From: Octopus sinensis
Lineage: Eukaryota
DNA length: 64,000 nt
Reading direction: 5' to 3'
Assembly (NCBI RefSeq): GCF_006345805.1
Contig: NC_043010.1
Coordinates: 13,206,001 to 13,270,000 of the forward strand
Part shown: positions 25,011 to 36,971 of the stretch, piece by piece
How the letters are laid out: the number at the start of each line of letters is the position of its first letter
Position numbering within the stretch: the first letter of the stretch is position 1
Notes under the pieces: generated by a model
What the model was told of the DNA's origin: nothing
Database searches by the model: none
What the model saw: only the letters and a program-made list of their open reading frames with translations
Position numbers and translations under genes: made by a program

Positions 25011-25185
25011 TAACATCGAAAAATACCTTAGGAATGAGACCCCATGTTCGAAATTTCCCCAAGACACCTGAAAAAGGCTGGAGGGTATATCAACCGAAAC
25101 ATTGTGTTAACAACAAACAAGATGTGGACAAATATCCGTCGAATGTAAATAATGTAAATAATTCCTCATCTTTTAAATCTAGAAC
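24776..25185 (+). mobile_element. Family H1 full element (24896-25185) with an inverted 3' segment (24776-24892)
   Basis: A box TGGCATAGTGG, B box GAGTTCGATTCC, (AAT)n linker, hammerhead-like tail; the upstream segment is the reverse complement of about 25047-25161. Confidence 0.88.
24830..24876 (-). ncRNA. Putative minimal type I hammerhead ribozyme (Penelope-type)
   Basis: gacac CTGAAGA a GGCTG gagggtatat CAGCT GAAA CG TT gtgt; palindromic AACGTT at stem III, predicted GUU cleavage triplet. Confidence 0.6.
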
Positions 25186-25915
25186 TTTATAACCAGCCAT
25201 CTCAAAAAAAAAAAATTACTTTGGAGCACATTGGACAATATAGCCCTAGATACACCATGATTGATCACAGCTAGAATGTCTTTGATAATAGCCCAGCTTA
25301 TTCAGAGCTGATGTAAGGTTAAACTAGAACAGCAACAACAACACTGCAATAACAACAACTCTTGTAGTATTAAAAGGGACAGAGCTAAATAGTGAAAGAC
25401 ATTTAGTCCTGTATTTTAGAATTTCGTCACTCTTCTGTCTATTTTCATTAATATAATATTAATGATATTTGGTACCCCCTGATTATCAATTAATAATTGT
25501 ATGAACAGTTTTAGTGTAGGATATTTAATCAAAGAGATTGGTATTGATTTTTCTCTAATTGAAAGAAGGTAAGCAACCATATCAACATGGGAACAGCTAT
25601 ATAGTCACCCAACCTATTTAAACCTCATGTGGGGACTGAATGTTCTAAGGCCAAAAACTTGGAGGATATGTCCACAAACACAGAATGGCCATAACTAACA
25701 ATCAGCCTTAACAATTAGCTATCATTGAGCCTTAAATCTACTAAAACAAATGAGGCCAGTCTAAGGGACTACCTTAGGTTTCAAGCCCATAAAGGGCTGA
25801 GCTTTATAGTGTATCATCAGAACCCAAAACCTGTTGACTAAAGGCCTCTCTAGTGAGTAGCCTCGCTAGTGAGTGGCTTCTCTAGAATATGGAGGAGGAG
25901 AGGACCCTGTTACTC

Positions 25916-26068
25916 AAGGGTGATGAGACGGCGAATAATGAGTAAATAAGGGGTGGTTCCTGAGCAGTGGCATAGCCTGTGGAGGAGAGGTGGTTTGTCC
26001 CTGATGATACTTTTATGGGAGATGGCACTTTTGCATCTGCAAAGTTCTTAAAGTTTTCAATATTCCCA
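25916..26068 (+). repeat. Left arm of a 153-bp inverted repeat pair (partner 27920-28072)
   Basis: AAGGGTGATGA...GGTGGTTCCTGAGCAGTGGCATAGCCTGTGG...GCACTTTTGCATCTGCAAAGTTCT...CAATATTCCCA. Confidence 0.9.
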
Positions 26069-26470
26069 GGATTTTCAACAACACAAAAGACCAATAAACA
26101 ATTTCAACAATGAGACTTATGATAACTGCCTCATGTTTTATAATACATTAGAGAATTGTAAGAAACTACCTCTAGGTCTATGATACACAAGAAAGTTATA
26201 AGAAACAAAGTTGGCTCGTTAGATTATGTCAGCTACTGTTTAATTATAAGTTCATCGTGATTAAGGCATGCCTAGAAAATTAGTATATTCATCCATTGGA
26301 AGAAGGCTCCTTATGATGCCAAATGAAAATTTACTAATCCTAAGCAAGGAGTTGTCTTTACTGAAGTCACGAAGATAATGTTGATGTCTAAAAGATATGA
26401 TGTTTGCAGTTGAAGAAAGGATAGATGCCTACAATAGCAGACAACAATGCAATTGAGTTGTTTTAATGTG

Positions 26471-26512
<42 letters not shown>

Positions 26513-26610
26513 TATATTTATATATATACACATATATATATATACATATACATATATATATATATAACAAAGTGGAGTTGTAAGGTATGTGCACAAGTGG
26601 AATTATATAC

Positions 26611-26882
26611 GAAAGAAGGTTTGAAAATGCAATTTTAAAAGATGTTTATTTACTTTACCAGTTTCACTCTTTAGAAAAAGATTGTCAAAAGTAACATGTA
26701 AAAGTTTGGTTGTGTTAATTATTGGTTGTCACAAAATGCTACAATGCTACCAAAGACTGTATATATGTATTGTAGCAACACAACCAAACTTTTACATGTA
26801 ACTTTTGACAATCTTTTTCTAAAGAGTGAAACCGGTAAAGTAAATAAACATCTTTTAAAATTGCATTTTCAAACCTTCTTTC
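26611..26882. mobile_element. Family H4: 106-bp inverted arms (26611-26716 / 26777-26882) carrying a degenerate hammerhead-like motif
   Basis: The arms are reverse complements; actt TTGACAA TCTTT ttct AAAGA gt GAAA CCGG TA aagt at 26801-26841. Confidence 0.7.
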
Positions 26883-27494
26883 CTATATATATATATATAT
26901 ATATATATATCTTTATATCTATACGTATGTAATGGGAAAAGTACTCAATACATTTCATATACTTAATAATAGCTATAACTAAAAAAAATTGAGATTTTTG
27001 TGCTGTCATTACTCTGAGTTTCATGCATTTTTTTGTTTTACTACTGTTCTATAAAAAGAATCTATGAACAAGAGAAAAACAAATGAAGAGAAAAAGAGAG
27101 AGAGAATCTGAGGATATACACATACCATTGCTATTGCATAACAAAACTACATTTGATTACTCCAAAAGCACAAGATGTCAGTAAAATAAATAAATAAATC
27201 ACGGACATTAAAGATCAGAAACATTTGATGTTTATATTGGAAATAGTCAAGAGATAAAAGTCATCAGCTCTATAAATAATTTATACGAGAAAATGGAACT
27301 AACACAAATTAAGTTTTGAAAAAGAGTTTAAATTGACATTACAGAAATAAATAAAGAAATATATATATAATAAATAAAAAGTAAGTCCAATGCTTCTATT
27401 TTAAGTATTAATCTGTAATATATCTTTCAAAGCTTTAATTTTCAAAGTTAAAGCCTTTGTCTATATCTTTACAAAAGATATTCAATATGAGGTT

Positions 27495-27830
27495 GAATTT
27501 GCCTTTCATCCCCTTTGCGGGGTCAATAAAATAAGTACCAGTTGAACTTTGAGGTCAATATAATCGACTTAATCCCCACCCCCAAAATTAGCCTTGTGCT
27601 ACAATTTGAAATAAGGTGGCAAGTTGGCAGAACTATTAGAATGCTAGGTAAAATGCTTAGTGGCGTTTCATTTGTCTTTACATTCTAAGTTCAACTTCTG
27701 CTGAGGTCGACTTTGCCTTTCATCCATTAGGATTCAATAAAACAAGTACCAGTCGAGTACAAAGGTCGATGTAATCGATTTACCCACTTCCCCAAAATTG
27801 CTGGCCTTGTGCCACAATTTGAAACCAATA
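27495..27830 (+). mobile_element. SINE family B fragments (at least two)
   Basis: TTTGCCTTTCATCC...AAGTACCAG...GGCCTTGTGCCACAATTTGAAACC. Confidence 0.75.
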
Positions 27831-27919
27831 TCTTTAGAAAACATGTATAATGAAACAGCTTTGTATTAAGCTGACCTGGGAAACACAACACATGTACAAG
27901 AAAGTGTGGGGTGGGGGCT

Positions 27920-28072
27920 TGGGAATATTGAAAAATTTTAGAACTTTGCAGATGCAAAAGTGCCATCTCTCATAAAAGTATCATCAGGGACAAACCACCT
28001 CTCCCCCACAGGCTATGCCACTGCTCAGGAACCACCCCTATTTTACTCATTATTCCCCGTTTCATCACCCTT
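27920..28072 (-). repeat. Right arm of the 153-bp inverted repeat pair
   Basis: Reverse complement of 25916-26068 with few differences. Confidence 0.9.
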
Positions 28073-28444
28073 CTTGCATCCACCCACTCCTAACTTCTAT
28101 ACCAAATTTGTCATCCCCAGAACATCATCTCCTTGCTTTCTTGCCTTTCCTGCGGGTACTGACTGGCGGCAACAGTTTAAACCAAACATTAACAGTATCA
28201 AGTTCACTTGTCTGAGATGGGCTGCTACAAGGGTCATAGACACTTCTCCTTTCTCCAGACTCAGCAAGCAAAGAATAAGGAATTAGCAATGTATACTTGG
28301 GTGAAAGCAAAAGCCATTATTTGTAAGTATGAACTGGTTGCATGTGCCACCCTTTTGCTAATTGATTTAGATGCTTATGTAGCAACAAGTAGACATGAGC
28401 ATCCTCTTGACCCTCCTACATATTAACTTAACAGAACATTGAGG

Positions 28445-28768
28445 ATGTGGTGGCTGGAGGATTGTGAAGTTCCTTCTCGAGCCATGCCTGGCTCATAAGG
28501 GCCGGTTTCCCGGTTTCTTGGCGTATAGGTTCCCCACCTGGACGGGACGCTGGTCCATCGCAGGTGAGCTGCTAGATGCAGGAGGAAAGGGGGAGAGAAA
28601 GTTGTAGCAAAAGAGTCAGCAGAAGTTTCACCATTACCTTCTGCCGGAGCCGCGTGGAGCTTCGGTGTTTTCACTCATAAACACACACATCGCTCAGTCT
28701 GAGATTCGAACCCGTGATCCCTCGACTGCGAGTCCACTGCTCTAACGACTAGGCCATGTGCCTCCACA
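28445..28768 (-). mobile_element. tRNA-derived SINE family F, CpG-retaining copy
   Basis: Minus-strand head GTGGAGGCACATGGCCTAGTCGTTAGAGCAGTGGACTCGCAGTCGAGGGATCACGGGTTCGAATCTC. Confidence 0.75.
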
Positions 28769-29199
28769 CACTAACATAATGGGCAACTTTCCTTGTCATC
28801 TTTGTTCAAGGACATGCCATTCTAGGATCAGACTGTTTTCACATCGATCAACTCACAAAATGTAGAATAAGACTCCTAGGGGACAACATCATCGTTGCCA
28901 CTGATGGACAGCTGTAAACAAGTAAGATAGTTAGAGGAAGATAGGGAGAGAGAGGGCTGTTCCAGCAGTTAGCTTGTGCTCCTTTCAGCGGAGTAGACGG
29001 GAGCAATGTGAAATGATACACTTCACTCAAGGATATAATGCAACACTGCCTAATCTAGGAACTAAACCCATGAGCTTGTGATCAAATGCCTAATACCCTA
29101 ACCACTATGCTATATACAATCACTTGAGTACTGTTTCATAAAATACCTTTTTCCTGTATTTAAAATGATCTGGTGTTACATTTACAAATAATGGTAAAT

Positions 29200-29448
29200 G
29201 TTATCTTCTCAAGTCACGCCAAGTCATAAGGGCTGGCTTTCTGGTTTCCATGGTGTATGAATTCCCCATCTGGATGAGCTGCCAGTCTGTCAAAGGATTA
29301 CTCCTTTTTGCCAGCTGAGTGGACTGGATCAATATGAAATGAAGTGTTTTGTTCAAGAACACAACATGTCACCCAGTCCAGGGATTGAAACCACAGTCTT
29401 ATGACTATGAGTCAAACACCCTAACCATTAAGCCATGTGTCTCCACTT
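29200..29448 (-). mobile_element. tRNA-derived SINE family E/F, degraded
   Basis: Minus-strand GTGGAGACACATGGCTTAATGGTTAGGG...GGTTTCAATCCC...CCAGTCCACTCAGCTGGCAAAAAGGAGT. Confidence 0.7.
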
Positions 29449-29489
29449 ATAAATAATGCAATAAATGTGAAAATATACAGGGACACATG

Positions 29490-29700
29490 TGAACTGGTAG
29501 AATCATTAGCACACTGGGCAAAAATGCTTGGCAGCATTTTGTCCGTTTTTTTCTTCTGAGTTCAAATTCCACCAAGGCCGACTTTGCCTTTCATCTTTTC
29601 AGCATTGATAAAGCAAGTACCAGTTGAATACTGAGGTCAATGTAATCAAATTACCCTGCTCCCTCGAAATTCATGGCCTTGTACCAAAATTTGAAACTAA
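29490..29700 (+). mobile_element. SINE family B, older copy
   Basis: CTGGTAGAATCATTAGCAC...CTGAGTTCAAATTCC...TTTGCCTTTCATC. Confidence 0.7.
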
Positions 29701-29736
29701 TATGTCACAGAAGAGATAAAAGGATGTATTTAATAT

Positions 29737-29902
29737 AGGCGCAGGAGTGGCTGTGTGGTAAGTAGCTTGCTAACCAACCACATGGTTCCGGGTTCAGTCC
29801 CACTGCGTGGCATCTTGGGCAAGTGTCTTTTGCTATAGCCTCGGGCTGACCAAAGCCTTGTGAGTGGATTTGGTAGACGGAAACTGAAAGAAGCCTGTCG
29901 TA

Positions 29903-29957
<55 letters not shown>

Positions 29958-30164
29958 ATGTTTGTGTGTCTGTGTTTGTCCCTCTAGCATTGCTTGACAA
30001 CCGATGCTGGTGTGTTTACGTCCCCGTCACTTAACGGTTTGGCAAAAGAGACCGATAGAATAAGTACTGGGCTTACAAAGAATAAGTCCTGGGGTCGATT
30101 TGCTCGATTAAAGGTGGTGCTCCAGCATGGCCGCAGTCAAAATGACTGAAACAAGTAAAAAGAT
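29737..30164 (+). mobile_element. SINE family A, full length
   Basis: GGCGCAGGAGTGGCTGTGTGGTAAGTAGC...GGTTCCGGGTTCAGTCCC...(TA)n...GACTGAAACAAGTAAAAGA. Confidence 0.9.
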
Positions 30165-31104
30165 AATCCTGTTAAGCTGAGTGAATATCTAGTTTCATAG
30201 CTCACTATGTCTATAAACCACGTCTTACATTTCTTAATCACACAAAGACTAAAAGGTCTTTTCTAAGTCAACATTTAATGCAATTGGTTAGAAACTTCCG
30301 AATCTCCTTATGGTTACCCAACCACATTAGCAACATCCATAAATGATGCTTATCTCCCAGTCAATGATATCATAATTATATTTATTAAAATGAAAGTTAA
30401 AAATTCATAGTTATTAGTTCATTCATTCTATTTCAGTTTCATTTCAATTAGGGAATAGTGCTTTTATTGATCTGGCACTCTCCAGGAACACAGCATTCTG
30501 TTCCTAAAAAGTTACAATAAAAGAAAATTGAAGTTTTTTTTCTTTAAAATCTTCTTACATAAGCAATTACTATCGCTAATTGATATTTTCCAGATTCTCA
30601 ATAGAGTTAAATATGGAAAATATCAAACCAAATTTTTTTTCCTTTTTCTACCTAATTTCCTGCATTCATGCTTTGTTTTTTTGGTAGGTTTGTTTTTTTT
30701 TTTTTTTACATGCAGACTTGAATTTTTTAAAGGCATTTTATCAATACGGATGCATTTCTAAGCCCTAAAAAGAGAATCAGGTGCTTTTCCTCCTACTGGA
30801 ATAGCTAAAATAAATAGAAAATATCCTGAAAAAAAAAATGAATATTTTTGCTGCATGAAACTAAGCTCTCACTCTATGGATAGAGTCAGCTCTCTGCCAT
30901 AACATTGCTGTATTACAATGCATTCAATGGAAGCATTAGAAGCAAACATGTAGCATTTAATAAGAGAGCTCATTTGTGTATGGTAGTTATATCATTACAG
31001 TATTAAATTTATTATCATCATCATCATCATCATAAGGCTATGGAAGAGGAAAAAAGGATACTGATGGTATGAGTAAAATTAAAGTTAATATTTATTATAC
31101 TGGT

Positions 31105-31510
31105 TAAGGCGGCGAGCTGGCAGAATTGTTAGTACGCTGGGCGAAGTGCTTAGCAGTATTTCGTCTGCTGTTATGTTCTGAGTTCAAATTCCGCCGAGGT
31201 CGACTTTGCCTTTCATCCTTTCGGAGTCGATAAATTAAGTACTAGTTACGCACTGGGGGGTCGATGTAATTGACTTAATCCCTTTGTCTGTCCTTGTTTG
31301 TCCCCTCTGTGTTTAGCCCCTTGCGGGCAAAATGTTTTGTAGCATCTCATGTCTTTATGTTCTGAGTTCAAATACTGCCATGGTCAGCATTGCATTTTGT
31401 CCTTTCAATATTGATAAAATAAGTTTTAGGTGAACGCTGGAGTTGATGTAAATAACTTACCCACCTCCTACCCCGAAGTTGCCAGCCTTGTGCCAAAACT
31501 TGAAACCAAT
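31105..31510 (+). mobile_element. SINE family B (full copy plus adjacent older fragment)
   Basis: GGCGGCGAGCTGGCAGAATTGTTAG...GTCCCCTCTGTGTTTAGCCCCTTGCGGGC. Confidence 0.85.
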
Positions 31511-33534
31511 ATTTATTATGTTGGTTCATACTTGCTCTCCCCATCGAATATACTTGGTAGGCAATGCTAGATTTTAGATTCATAACTTATTTTCTACTCG
31601 GTATTATCTTTGCGTTATTGGGAGCATAAACAGATCATTTGGGATTTGCTTGAAATTTTTTTTTGTGTTTTGATAATGTATTCTTTTTCAATTCTTTACT
31701 ATACCACAACTATGAATTTCTGTCAAACCTCCATAACTATTCTAATAATTCCTCTAAACATATCTTGGGTATTTTTAGTAAAGTTTACTCTGTTGCAACC
31801 ACTTGAGACGGGTCTCTGATCTAAGGATAGCTTTGTCTCAGCATTCTTGGAGACCTTGCAGACAGTTATGAACGCTGCTTTTCCTCCCCTGACCAACATA
31901 TCAAAAAATAAAATCTATAAAAACTCAAATCCAGTTTGATTGAATATTTTAAAAGTCTATTGGAAATGTGAACCTTTTTTTTGTTAACTTTTGTTCCTTA
32001 AAATCTTCAAGATGAAAGTTGAGAACATATCAATCATTTCTAGACATTTCCCAAAATTATTAATGATGATAGTCATGTGGTGCCTACTGAAGTCTACCAG
32101 TGAAGTTGTCAGCTACGGTTATTTCCAAGAGTCTCCATACAATCTTTGTTTGGAAGGTACCCAGGAAGGTTCTACGGAGAAGAAATAGTGAGCCTGAATA
32201 TCTGGAATAACTCTCACCGATGAAGTGACATGTTGTCAAGAGAAGCACAGCCCAAACACACCCCACCCACACCATCAGAGAAAATTGTTAAAATACAACA
32301 ACAATGATGATGATGTTGATGATGATGATCATCATCATCATCATCATCATTATCTTCATTATTACAATCACATGGAAGAGTGTAAAGATAGTGATAGTAG
32401 GAGTAAAATTAACATCAATATCTATTACATTGTGTTCAAATTCTGCCAAGGTTGATTTTTGTCTTTAATCCTTTGGAGAAGGGTCAATAAAATAAGTACC
32501 AGTTGACCTCTGAGATTGATGCAATCAACTAACCTCTCCCCAGAAATTACTGGCCTTGCACCAAAATTTGAAACCAACATTTGTTACACTAGCATATATT
32601 TATCCACCTCATCATGACTGTCAGCATTACACCAGTCTTCTGAAAATATTCTAAGTCTTCAATCCAAAACTTACAGATTAATATTGAAACTAAAAGGGTA
32701 GGAGCAGTGAGAATGATATAGGGGAAAGTAATGAAGGCAGATCTCACAAGGGAGACGGTAAGGAATCCTAACAAGGTCTGAGGTGCAATACTGGAGAAAA
32801 CTCATGCAATCCATGCAAGAATAGTGACGATCTCTCTTACTATTAGCAAATAAAATAAATCTGATAGTAGACTGCATAAACAGTTTTTTTTCTCTTTTTT
32901 TGAAACCAAGTTGTACAGTGAAATTACTAAAATACATCAACACAAAAAAGATTTCTTCAGATATCAAAAATAACATGATATATTATGATACCCAGATTTT
33001 ACTTTAGAATCTGTAACAATCAACAACTGAATCCATACATTATACAAACATCTAAATCCACATCAATATGGTCAACTTGTAACTCTGCCAGAACACTGTC
33101 AACCACACATCGCTATAGGATCACCACAATACAATACAATACCTAACCCGACCATACATATGGCCTGAGACATGCAACATAGGCTATTCTGAATGATCTT
33201 TAAATGTCTGTTGTTATCTATAACAACAGATTTTTACAAGCTTCTGTTGTTATAATGTAAACCTCTGACCTTACAAAGACCTCTTTCAGTTTCTAATCGT
33301 TTGTCCCATTGATGGCTTGCTTTCTCTTCCTTAGACTGCAATAAAACCACATACTGAAGGACACATGTAACATATAACCTTTCAATTCTGCTCAGTCAGC
33401 TAAAATAGCCTCTTTTATGCTTCTTCAAATATGGTTTTATAATATGTATTTAACATCAAAGCAGATTAAGCAAAAGTCAATGTATTGTATGCAAAGATTT
33501 GGCCCCAGTAAAAATGTATTAATGGTAAAGATTT

Positions 33535-33827
33535 TGTATGGTTAAGAAGCTTGCTATACAACCACATAGTACTGAGTTCAGTCCCACAGTGTGACATCTT
33601 CAGCAAGTGTCTCCTACAGTAGCCCTGGGCCAACTAAAGCCTTGTGAGTGAATTTGGCAGATGGAAACTGTGTGGAAGTCCCTCATATAAAAATAGATAC
33701 ACACACACATACATACATGCATACATGCTTACATACATACATGCATACACACACATACACACATAAATACATACATGCATGCATGCATACATACACACAT
33801 AGATACATATATACATACATACATACA

Positions 33828-33863
<36 letters not shown>

Positions 33864-34080
33864 TACATGCATGTATGTATGTATTATGTATGTAACCAGT
33901 GTTGGCTTGTTTACATCCCTGTAACTTAACAGTTCAGCAAAAGAAACGCATTGAATAAGAAACAGGCTTAAAAAAAATAAAAACCAGGGTCTATTTGTTC
34001 AACTAAAACCACCAAGGTGGTGCTCCAGCGTGGCTACAGTACAACGACTAACACAAAAAGAAATGAATGATATGACAAAA
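33535..34080 (+). mobile_element. SINE family A-related, older copy with expanded (CATA)n
   Basis: GGTTAAGAAGCTTGC...GAGTTCAGTCCCAC...GGTGGTGCTCCAGCGTGGCTACAG. Confidence 0.7.
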
Positions 34081-34268
34081 GATAGTAGTTCATTTCCCCA
34101 AACATTTATCTTATGGAACTCTCTTCTAGTTTTCCTTTATGAATATATTCTTGTTTATTTCACATCTTGGGTTGACCATTTTACAGTTCTTTTAGAGCAG
34201 CTTTTCATTAGATTTATTTTGTTTCTTTTTCTTTTTTAACACCCAAGAAACAAAGCGATTGCTTAAAC

Positions 34269-34809
34269 CAGGGGTTCCCAACCATTTTTTTAATCTATGG
34301 ACCCCTTTGATTACTATTTTATTCTGGTGGATTCCCAGAGCCATTTAATGTTTAAAAACTACATTTGTAGAATCCTTTTCCAAAATTCCTATTTGTTTTT
34401 CACACGTAAATTTGTGTGGATTGAACTATGATAAATGTTAGAGAAAGAAACCTAGCTGTTTCTTGCAATACACACCAATACATATATCTAAAGCAGAATT
34501 TTTCCAGGAGTCCTTAAAATTCTATTGTGACTCCCCAAGAGATCACTCAAATCACAAAAGTTTTCAGAAAACAAAATACTCTCCCTCTCTTTTACTCTTT
34601 TACTTGTTTCAGTCATTTGACTGCGGCCATGCTGGGGCACCACCTTTAATCGAGCAACTCAACCCCGGGACTTATTCTTTGTAAGCCCAGTACTTATTCT
34701 ATCGGTCTCTTTTGCCGAACCACTAAGTTACGGGGACATAAACACACTAGCATCGGTTGTCAAGCAATGCTAGGAGGACAAACACACACACAAACATACA
34801 CACAAACAT

Positions 34810-34840
<31 letters not shown>

Positions 34841-35201
34841 CATATATACGATGGGCTTCTTTCAGTTTCCATCTGGTCGGCCCGAGGCTATAGTAGAAGA
34901 CACTTGCCCAAGGTGCCACACAGTGGGACTGAACCCGGAACCATGTGGTTGGTAAGCAAGCTACTTACCACACAGCAACTCCTGCGCCTAAATGTGTCAA
35001 AATATTGCAAATAAGCATGAAAAAGTGTACAAAATTGCAATTTCAAATTTGTTGTTTTTTAGTGTACTTTCTACACATTTGTGACATGTCATTTTTCTGA
35101 CAAACACTTTTCATACTAATAACTTTTAGGTAAATATATTTTGTTGCATGGACCCCCGCCCACTCCACCAATCATCAATGGACCCCAGTTGGGAACTACT
35201 G
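34269..35201. mobile_element. Putative non-autonomous hAT (Buster/Charlie-type) element containing a nested SINE A
   Basis: Termini CAGGGGTTCCCAAC and GTTGGGAACTACTG; flanking 8-mers GCTTAAAC / CCTTAAGG (5/8 match, central TA). Confidence 0.5.
34585..34988 (-). mobile_element. SINE family A, full length with small internal deletion
   Basis: CTCTTTTACTTGTTTCAGTC...CTCCTGCGCC. Confidence 0.85.
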
Positions 35202-35644
35202 CCTTAAGGCCTGCTTTACTGCTGGTTGTTTGCCTACATACAGAGAACACAAAATGAACCATAAGGAACGCATTGGTATGAAGAATACAAACAAGCAAAT
35301 TCTAAACCCAAGTTTTGGTGATTTGACTGCTTATTATAAAATAAAATAATTTATATAATATGGAGCCAATACAAACTCCTAAAGATTGAAATAGTATTCC
35401 AAACGAAAATTAATATTAAAATAGCTTGGTTTCACTTGGCGATAAGTGAAATTATATTTTCAGCCATCATATTAAAATTTCAAGCATCTTCACATTATAT
35501 AAGGCACTTGAACTTTAATAAGACATTGTAATATATTTAGGAAGAAATAAATTGTTAATTACTAAATTATAAATACACACAGACACACACACAAACACAC
35601 ACACATATATGCACACATGCACACACACATGCACACTCTCAGTG

Positions 35645-35788
35645 ACTCTCTTTTTTCCTTTCCTTTTTTTTTTTGATTCATAGGATTATGCTCAAGGTGG
35701 CTTCGTCAACCACATGTGCCATTCTTGCTACATTCACCCATCATTTTTTGAAACATTCACTAGACAAAACTTCCCTCTTTACTCTCAC
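35645..35788 (-). mobile_element. Short L1/Tx1 fragment nearly identical to 37262-37405
   Basis: GATTCATAGGATTATGCTCAAGGTGGCTTCGTCAACCACATGTGCC...CCCTCTTTACTCTCAC. Confidence 0.85.
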
Positions 35789-35919
35789 ATGCACACACAT
35801 ATATTTGTGTGTGTGTGTATATATATATATACACACATATCTACATACATATATGTATATACATGTACATATACTTACATGCATATATGTATATACACTG
35901 TATATATACACATACATAC

Positions 35920-35955
<36 letters not shown>

Positions 35956-36295
35956 TACATAAATATGCAGTCAGCACCTCTTTGTAATTAAATTATTATT
36001 TAATCATTTAATCTAATTTCTTCATGCTACTTAAATATTTCTATATAACAAATTAGTTACCAGATGCCCAACAAACAATGGCAAAAGGTTCTACTTCCAC
36101 TATTGCAGCTTAGGGCCAGAAACCTCCAGACTAATGTCCCTTACTGACTTCTCAAGATAACTGGGTTTACTAACCCCAGATATTTTTCTTAATTATTGCA
36201 TTTAATCCTCCATATTTCTGAAAGGGAAACATTGAAATTAATCAAATCTACCCTTATATTTAAACATACACCCATATATATATATATATATATAT

Positions 36296-36448
36296 AGGGA
36301 GAGTTTACGAAAAAAACAAAAGACGAAGACAGGTGGTGTACAAAACAAACAGATGTATTGGTATAACGCTCAGGAATAGAAAAAGTCTTTTACGTTTCGA
36401 GCCTATGCTCTTCTACAGAAAGGGATACAGAAAAAACAAGGAGAGAAA
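36296..36448 (-). mobile_element. Family H2 repeat with the best-preserved motif
   Basis: Minus strand cttt CTGTAGA A GAGC atag GCTC GAAA CG TA aaag (36386-36423). Confidence 0.8.
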
Positions 36449-36449
36449 T

Positions 36450-36491
<42 letters not shown>

Positions 36492-36595
36492 GGTGGACTC
36501 TCTCATTGAAGACAATGCATGAACATTCAGCTTTTCCCAACCAACTTGCACAAATGATTTGTTTACAGTGATCAAATGTTCATGCTGTACTTTAG

Positions 36596-36638
<43 letters not shown>

Positions 36639-36649
36639 CATCAAATCGA

Positions 36650-36815
36650 GATTGTCTGAACAGGTGCACAGTGTACCACATGTCAGGTGTCAAAGCGATT
36701 GCAGAGCAATGTGAGATGAAGTGTTTAGCTCAAGAGCACAGCGCACCACCACTACCACCCACTCTAAGAATTGAAACCACGACCTCTAGATCATAAGTGC
36801 AACACCCTAACACCA
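36650..36815 (-). mobile_element. tRNA-derived SINE family E, degraded
   Basis: GAGATGAAGTGTTTAGCTCAAGAGCAC...AATTGAAACCACGACC...CACCCTAAC. Confidence 0.6.
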
Positions 36816-36971
36816 TGTCATGCACTCTCATATATTTATATATACAGATAGATATATTAGATAGATAGATAGCTAGATAGATAAATGGCAGTGCCCCAGC
36901 AAATGGTGGTGCCCCAGCATGGCCACAGCTCCTGAGCTGAAACTAGATATAAAAAAAAAGATAGATAGATA

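Noticed and set aside
32150-32200. Minus-strand QAHYFFSVEPSWVPS, faintly like SQFYFVLEPQNEWIAS
   Set aside because: No matching upstream block, no suitable acceptor or donor, and stops nearby; likely chance.
32620-32830. Second RTE C-terminal remnant
   Set aside because: Only faint KADL...LEKT similarity; too degraded to list as a feature.
35425-35465. TTTCACTT-GGCGAT-AAGTGAAA hairpin next to GAAA
   Set aside because: No CUGANGA core at the right distance on either strand.
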